11,371 nt of DNA. It comes from an uncultured bacterium. GTDB lineage: Bacteria; JAJVIF01; JAPKYR01. The stretch is taken from the NCBI GenBank assembly GCA_965369865.1, contig CBDURU010000115.1, forward strand, positions 1 to 11,371, given 5' to 3'. Shown here piece by piece: positions 7,046 to 11,371 of the stretch (within the stretch, counting starts at the first letter, position 1; the number at the start of each line of letters is the position of its first letter). A model generated the notes under the pieces. It made no database searches and had not been told where the DNA came from. It worked only from the letters and a program-made list of their open reading frames with translations. The translations under genes and the position numbers were made by a program.

Positions 7046-7257
7046 TGGACGGAGTACCATCTCGTCCTTTCAGATAAAAAAATAAAACGATATTGGAAAT
7101 ACTAATTTAGGCCTATATCTCCTACGTCCGTTCCGGCTGTGGTCTTCCCCGATTCGCAGCCGGATTTTAAGAAAACAACTGTCCATCGATAAATGATCCT
7201 CCTTAGCACCTTTTCCCGCTTACGCCCACCGCCTCCTGGTGGGCTAGCTTTTTTTTA
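7046..7257 (+). ncRNA. Candidate small regulatory RNA with C/U-rich anti-SD-like motifs
   Basis: Hairpins at 7047-7067, 7132-7164 (loop UUCCCC) and 7224-7244 (loop CCUCC) followed by U8; further CUCCU, CCUCCUU and UUUUCCC motifs in the linkers; G.U pairs favour the + strand. Confidence 0.55.
7224..7256 (+). terminator. Intrinsic terminator ending an intergenic transcript
   Basis: GCCCACCG-CCTCC-TGGTGGGC then TAGC and T8; about 450 bp past the previous stop codon, which already has its own terminator. Confidence 0.8.
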
Positions 7258-7299
7258 CCCCTTGCACTTACACCAAATTAAACGATAATATGACCCACT

Positions 7300-8235
7300 G
7301 TGCTTATTCCTTACCATCCTGAACAGCTTCCGGATCTGGTCTCAATCTTCGCTGATTACTCAAAAAATATCAGGGGGCTGGACGGTTTTCTGTTCGAGTC
7401 ATACTGGGAAGCCCTCTTAGCACGCGGGGATATTAATCCGGGCAGGGATATTTTAATCTATGCCGACGATACTGAAGAGAGTTTGAGTAAACCCCGGGCA
7501 TTTTCCTGGCTTTACACAAAATCGGCTCCCGATTTCGTATATCTAAGGGGTCCATATGTCAATCCCGACCATCCCGAACTGGATTCAATCCTGGACACTT
7601 TGCTCCAAAAATCCATTAAGGTGGCAGAGGGTCTGAATGCCGTATACATCGAAAGCCGGGTTGTTCAAACGAACTGGCTGGATGTTTTCAACCGGGCCGA
7701 TTTCAACAGAATGGGCGCCTACCAGCGTTGGAGGCTCTTTCCATTGAGAGGCACAATTCCGATCGGTGATATTCCCGGCGGAGCTGAGATCAGGGACTGG
7801 AAAAGGGTTAAAGCAGTTTCCATTTTAATGGACCTTTTCACCACGGCATTTAAGGAGCACTGGGATTACCAGCCACCAAAGAAATCAGACTGGGACGAGA
7901 TTATTAAGAGTGAAAATTTTGAACCGGGCCTCCTCTTGATTGCCTATGAAAACGACATGGCGGTAGGTTATTCATTCGGTCAGTTGATGCCCGATCAATC
8001 AAGCCCGGGTTTCCGGATGGCTTACCTCGTTTCCATTGGACTTCGGCCCGACTTCCAGGGAAAGGGATGGGGGAAGGCACTCCTGACGCAGTGGCTCAGG
8101 GGAGTATATGAAACCGGTACAAGGTCGGTTGAACTGGATGTGGACGAGGAAAATTCAAGAGCGGTCGGTCTGTATGAGGAATTCGGTTTTCACCACCTGA
8201 GAACTGAGCAAGTCTGCAGGAAATACCTTCTATGA
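7300..8235 (+). CDS. GNAT-family N-acetyltransferase, two-domain (tandem GNAT-like)
   Basis: C-terminal IGLRPDFQGKGWGKALL (QxxGxG) and LDVDEENSRAVGLYEEFGF; degenerate N-terminal GNAT-like half; GTG start uncertain. Confidence 0.9.
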   Translation: MLIPYHPEQLPDLVSIFADYSKNIRGLDGFLFESYWEALLARGDINPGRDILIYADDTEESLSKPRAFSWLYTKSAPDFVYLRGPYVNPDHPELDSILDTLLQKSIKVAEGLNAVYIESRVVQTNWLDVFNRADFNRMGAYQRWRLFPLRGTIPIGDIPGGAEIRDWKRVKAVSILMDLFTTAFKEHWDYQPPKKSDWDEIIKSENFEPGLLLIAYENDMAVGYSFGQLMPDQSSPGFRMAYLVSIGLRPDFQGKGWGKALLTQWLRGVYETGTRSVELDVDEENSRAVGLYEEFGFHHLRTEQVCRKYLL

Positions 8236-8265
8236 CCTTTTTTACCTGCTATGAGCGGTATTTTA

Positions 8266-8294
8266 TTGAAAACTTGTCCCTCGCGCGTTAGAAT
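8266..8294 (+). promoter_or_regulatory. Sigma70-type promoter of transaldolase
   Basis: TTGAAA, 17 bp, TAGAAT; RBS GGAG at 8319-8322. Confidence 0.7.
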
Positions 8295-8329
8295 CGACTT
8301 TCCTGAGTAAACCTGACTGGAGAAAATTA

Positions 8330-8977
8330 ATGAAATTTTTTATAGATACAGCAAACGTCGATGAAATTCGGACCGCGGCATCATGGGGGGTTCTTGACGG
8401 TGTTACCACAAACCCGAGCCTGATCGCGATCGAGAAAAGAAATTACAAGGAAACGGTAAAGGAAATCTGTGACATTACCCCCGGGGCTGTCAGCGCGGAA
8501 GTTTTAGCTACAGACTATGATGGAATGGTCTCAGAAGCCCGGGAATGGGCCCAGGTCGCCGAAAATGTGGTCGTTAAGGTTCCAATTATACCCGATGGAA
8601 TCAAAGCGGTTAAGACACTGTCACAGGAAGGAATCAAAACCAATGTTACCCTGGTTTTCAATGTTACACAGGCTATCCTTGCCGCGAAAGCAGGCGCTAC
8701 ATACGTAAGCCCGTTTGTGGGACGGATCGATGATATCGGCGGCGATGGTATGTACGTGGTCGAGGAAATCCTTACGGCTTTTACGAATTACGGATTCGAA
8801 ACCGAGGTAATAGTTGCGAGCGTCAGGCACGTCAGGCATGTTGTTGAATCGCTGGAGATGGGTGCCGATATCGCGACCATTCCATTTAAGGTGTTGAAAC
8901 AACTTTTTAAACATCCATTAACAGACATCGGCATCGAAAGGTTCCTCGCCGATTACAAAGCTGCGCTGGGTGATTAA
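8330..8977 (+). CDS. tal: Transaldolase, short TalC/FSA subfamily
   Basis: [14 protein letters not shown], Schiff-base Lys in VVVKVP, NVTL, SPFVGR. Glu in SAEV and Phe in SPF indicate transaldolase rather than fructose-6-phosphate aldolase. Confidence 0.95.
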   Translation: MKFFIDTANVDEIRTAASWGVLDGVTTNPSLIAIEKRNYKETVKEICDITPGAVSAEVLATDYDGMVSEAREWAQVAENVVVKVPIIPDGIKAVKTLSQEGIKTNVTLVFNVTQAILAAKAGATYVSPFVGRIDDIGGDGMYVVEEILTAFTNYGFETEVIVASVRHVRHVVESLEMGADIATIPFKVLKQLFKHPLTDIGIERFLADYKAALGD

Positions 8978-9100
8978 AGGAACCAGCAGGGATGGAGATC
9001 CGATTGGACTGCATTTATCAGGTTTGCAAAAGTAAATTCGAAGGCTTCAATCCTGCGAAAATTGCTCATTTTAGAAATATGTTTACGACTGGAAAGGAAA

Positions 9101-9640
9101 ATGTGCCCATTCGAGAAACCGTATAAAGAGATCACCAGATTTACTATGTACAAGGACCTGAACAAGCTCCCTGCCGACGAACCGCTTCCGTTCGGATTCC
9201 GGGTTGAGCCATGGTTCCCTTCGCTACTTCCCGCGTTCGCCGCGGCATTGGCCGTTTCTGTCTCCGATTCACCCGATATCGAAATATACCCTAAGCTTGC
9301 CTCCAAGGATGGATGCGTTGATCTTCTTAAAGAAATTGCCGACGCACCTGGTTTTTTATCGGGGGTTTCATGGCTTGGATTCTTCAAACGCGAGCCATGT
9401 GCTGTCCTGATGGCATCCCTGGACCCGGTTAGACATGAAGGCATAATTAAAATTATTGGAGTCGCGCCGCGTCACAGAAGAATGGCAATAGGTTCACGGG
9501 TTCTAATCAGAGCACTGTGGGCTTTGAGAGATCGAAAAATCACCCGTGCCGTCCTGAGAGTAAACAGGGAATGCAGGGGAGCGGTTCAATTTTTCCGCGC
9601 GATGGGTTTCCAGGCAACCGATTCGAAAGAATATAGTTAG
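9101..9640 (+). CDS. GNAT-family protein with degenerate acetyl-CoA-binding motifs
   Basis: IGVAPRHRRMAIG and LRVNRECRGAVQFFRAMGF; RBS AAGGA just before ATG 9101 favours it over TTG 9062. Confidence 0.85.
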   Translation: MCPFEKPYKEITRFTMYKDLNKLPADEPLPFGFRVEPWFPSLLPAFAAALAVSVSDSPDIEIYPKLASKDGCVDLLKEIADAPGFLSGVSWLGFFKREPCAVLMASLDPVRHEGIIKIIGVAPRHRRMAIGSRVLIRALWALRDRKITRAVLRVNRECRGAVQFFRAMGFQATDSKEYS

Positions 9641-9646
9641 AGCAAC

Positions 9647-9955
9647 ACCGGGGACAGGCACTCAAATTTACCGGGGTACATAAAGAAGGGCCGACCTCTA
9701 ACATAGCCGGTAAATTTGTGAGCCAGTCCCCTATACATAAATTTTTCTCACTTCTACAACATTGAACATTGAGTTTCTGGAAAGACTTCTCGATTTACCG
9801 GGTAATTTTTTCAGATCTGAGACTGGTACAGTTCAGGGGACTGGTACAGTTCAGGGGACTGGTACAGTTCAGGGGACTGGCTCACGATTTTGCCGTTATG
9901 TATACCTTGACTTTACCTGCATGATCCCCGGCAAAATCGAGTGCCTGTCCCCGGT
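9647..9955. repeat. Composite REP/REPIN-like element: two inverted hairpin doublets (9650-9731, 9872-9952) with 30-bp terminal inverted repeats
   Basis: 9647-9676 and 9926-9955 are 27/30 inverted-identical; inner arms 9707-9732 and 9871-9895 are also inverted copies; arm motifs are GGGGACAGGCACTC and GGGGACTGGCTCAC. Confidence 0.85.
9821..9880. repeat. 18-bp perfect tandem repeat, 3.3 copies (GACTGGTACAGTTCAGGG)
   Basis: Units at 9821, 9839 and 9857, plus a partial GACTGG at 9875-9880. Confidence 0.97.
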
Positions 9956-9994
9956 CTACCAAAAATAACGCCGGTTGGGACTTTTTGGTGAAGG

Positions 9995-11041
9995 TTAAAT
10001 TCCCCTGCCTAATGCCTTTGCGATCGATTTCATCTCTATCATCAAATTATTGAATTCCTCATGTGAGAGTGTTTGGAAACTGTCGGATAACGCACGGTCA
10101 GGTTGAGGATGGATCTCTATCAGCAACCCGTCAGCGCCGGCGGCAATAGCGGCTTTCGACATAGCGGGAACCCTGGATGAAGAACCTGTCGAATGAGATG
10201 GGTCGACTATTACCGGAAGCCCCGATCGCTCGCGTATCGCGGGAATAACACCGATATCCAGAGTATGGCGTGAATGGCGCGAAAATGTGCGTATCCCACG
10301 CTCGCACAGTATTACATTCGGGTTGCCTTCATTCAAAATGTATTCCGCGGCCCCAAGCCACTCATCGAGAGTAGCGCTCATACCTCGTTTTAACAGTACC
10401 GGTTTCGACTGGCGGCCGACCTCCAGAAGCAGCGGGAAATTCTGCATATTTCGCGACCCGATTTGAATGACATCCGATACTTCCCCGACTTTCCCGACAG
10501 CACCCGGCTCCATCGCTTCGGTAATCACACCGATCCCGATTTCATCCCTGACACGTGACAGGATTTTCAGGCCTTCATCCCCAAGACCCTGGAAACTGTA
10601 CGGGCTGGTGCGGGGTTTAAACGCTCCACCTCTCAGAAGTTTAGCACCGCTTTCCTTAGCGATCCTGGCCGTGAGCATGAGATCGTCCACATCTTCCACC
10701 GCGCACGGACCGGCCATAATGATGAAATCATGGCCTCCAACCGAAACATCAATCGACGGTATTTCAACAGGGATCTTGCGAGGGTCGCCGGTATCGGGAT
10801 CGATGCCGGTAGATCCCGCCAGCATGTAGACAGTTTCTGATTCATCGACAGTTTCAACGCAATCAAGCCTGTTGAATTCGGTCGGGTCAAACGGCTGTCC
10901 GTTAGGTAATACATTAACCACAACCCGTCCATCAAGGTGATCGACCCTGACTTTCTCACGCGAACCGGTTACATCGCGCGCCATACCTATAACAACAGCC
11001 ACATCGTACGCGGTTGCATTTGAATTGAGGATGATACGCAT
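9995..11041 (-). CDS. aroF: 3-deoxy-7-phosphoheptulonate (DAHP) synthase, type I-beta, with N-terminal ferredoxin-like regulatory domain
   Basis: AGPCAVE, RGGAFKPRTSPYSFQG, QIGSRNMQN, LKRG, CERGIRTF and DPSH motifs. The homology-based start is MRIILN (ATG 11041); the frame stays open to GTG 11140. Confidence 0.96.
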   Translation of the reverse strand: MRIILNSNATAYDVAVVIGMARDVTGSREKVRVDHLDGRVVVNVLPNGQPFDPTEFNRLDCVETVDESETVYMLAGSTGIDPDTGDPRKIPVEIPSIDVSVGGHDFIIMAGPCAVEDVDDLMLTARIAKESGAKLLRGGAFKPRTSPYSFQGLGDEGLKILSRVRDEIGIGVITEAMEPGAVGKVGEVSDVIQIGSRNMQNFPLLLEVGRQSKPVLLKRGMSATLDEWLGAAEYILNEGNPNVILCERGIRTFSRHSRHTLDIGVIPAIRERSGLPVIVDPSHSTGSSSRVPAMSKAAIAAGADGLLIEIHPQPDRALSDSFQTLSHEEFNNLMIEMKSIAKALGRGI

Positions 11042-11266
11042 AGAAAACCACGCTGCAGCAGTCGGCCGCAGCCAGGAAAGAGTACCGCGAAATCCCGTAA
11101 ATTTCAAATGATGATATTGCCGTCGCCGGTAAATTTTCACTTACCTTGATTAAAATTTTGATGAATGGTCCCTGTGGCGAATTGATATCAGGTATTAACC
11201 ATTTTTAGCCACTCCGGATTGATATACAGATTTCCGGATGATTATGATTAAAGTGAAAAATGAAAT

Positions 11267-11343
11267 AACCGTAGAACAGCACGGCAGTGCGTCGAATGGA
11301 TTGTTTTAAGGCGGAGGACGCACTGCCGTGCTGTTCTACGGTT
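11267..11343. repeat. GTAG-family REP doublet (REPIN-like): perfect 27-bp inverted repeat with a 23-nt spacer
   Basis: AACCGTAGAACAGCACGGCAGTGCGTC (11267-11293) and its exact reverse complement (11317-11343); each arm has GTAG followed by the mini-palindrome GCAC-GGCA-GTGC. Confidence 0.85.
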
Positions 11344-11371
11344 TGTCGTTTTTTCGAGGGCTTTAAATGAT

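Noticed and set aside
7070..7186. Minus-strand 38-aa ORF (MDSCFLKIRLRIGED...FYFFI) with AAGGAGG 11 nt upstream; possible small protein or type I toxin
   Set aside because: The SD is simply the complement of one of several CCTCCT motifs, the spacing is long, there is no full TM helix, and hairpin G.U pairs plus the U tract favour a + strand RNA. Not fully excluded.
7046..7257. CsrB/RsmZ-like GGA-repeat RNA on the minus strand, or 6S RNA
   Set aside because: Terminator polarity and wobble pairs fit the + strand; there is no end-to-end rod structure as in 6S.
9821..9880. CRISPR array
   Set aside because: The repeats are head-to-tail with no spacers, and no cas genes are present.
9762..9968. 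68-aa ORF with GTGTVQ repeats
   Set aside because: A by-product of the 18-bp tandem repeat inside the palindromic element; TTG start without an RBS.
8330..11041. Functional clustering of transaldolase (erythrose-4-phosphate supply) with DAHP synthase
   Set aside because: The genes are convergent and separated by a GNAT and repeats; proximity alone is not evidence.
11076..11098. T-box-like GTACCGCG near aroF
   Set aside because: It is on the strand opposite to aroF, lacks the UGGN bulge sequence, and there is no stem I.
11125..11136. GCCGGTAAATTT identical to the REP-like arm at 9706-9717
   Set aside because: Only 12 bp, without the GGGGAC terminal motif or a partner arm; may be chance.

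Overview
Bacterial chromosomal-type DNA with housekeeping/accessory genes and unusually structured intergenic regions; taxonomy cannot be assigned from the sequence. Genes, left to right: membrane-anchored monoheme cytochrome c (+); MarR regulator with a four-Cys C-terminal tail (+); a likely heat-shock operon (+) with a HAIR/HspR-type operator, a small stand-alone winged-helix-like protein, class A dnaJ and a SAM methyltransferase; two uncharacterised genes (-); a D-2-hydroxyacid dehydrogenase homologue whose catalytic His is replaced by Arg (+); tandem GNAT, transaldolase and a degenerate GNAT (+); and a type I-beta DAHP synthase (-). Non-coding highlights: a candidate ~210-nt sRNA (about 7046-7257) with C/U-rich anti-Shine-Dalgarno-like loops behind a sigma54-like promoter; two inverted REP-like hairpin doublets plus an 18-bp tandem repeat (9647-9955); a GTAG-type REP doublet (11267-11343); a 114-bp exact direct repeat at the left edge; and an aromatic-codon-rich in-frame leader with a hairpin before aroF. 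No rRNA, tRNA, CRISPR array or transposase was found. All family assignments come from recognising motifs by eye, not from database searches.
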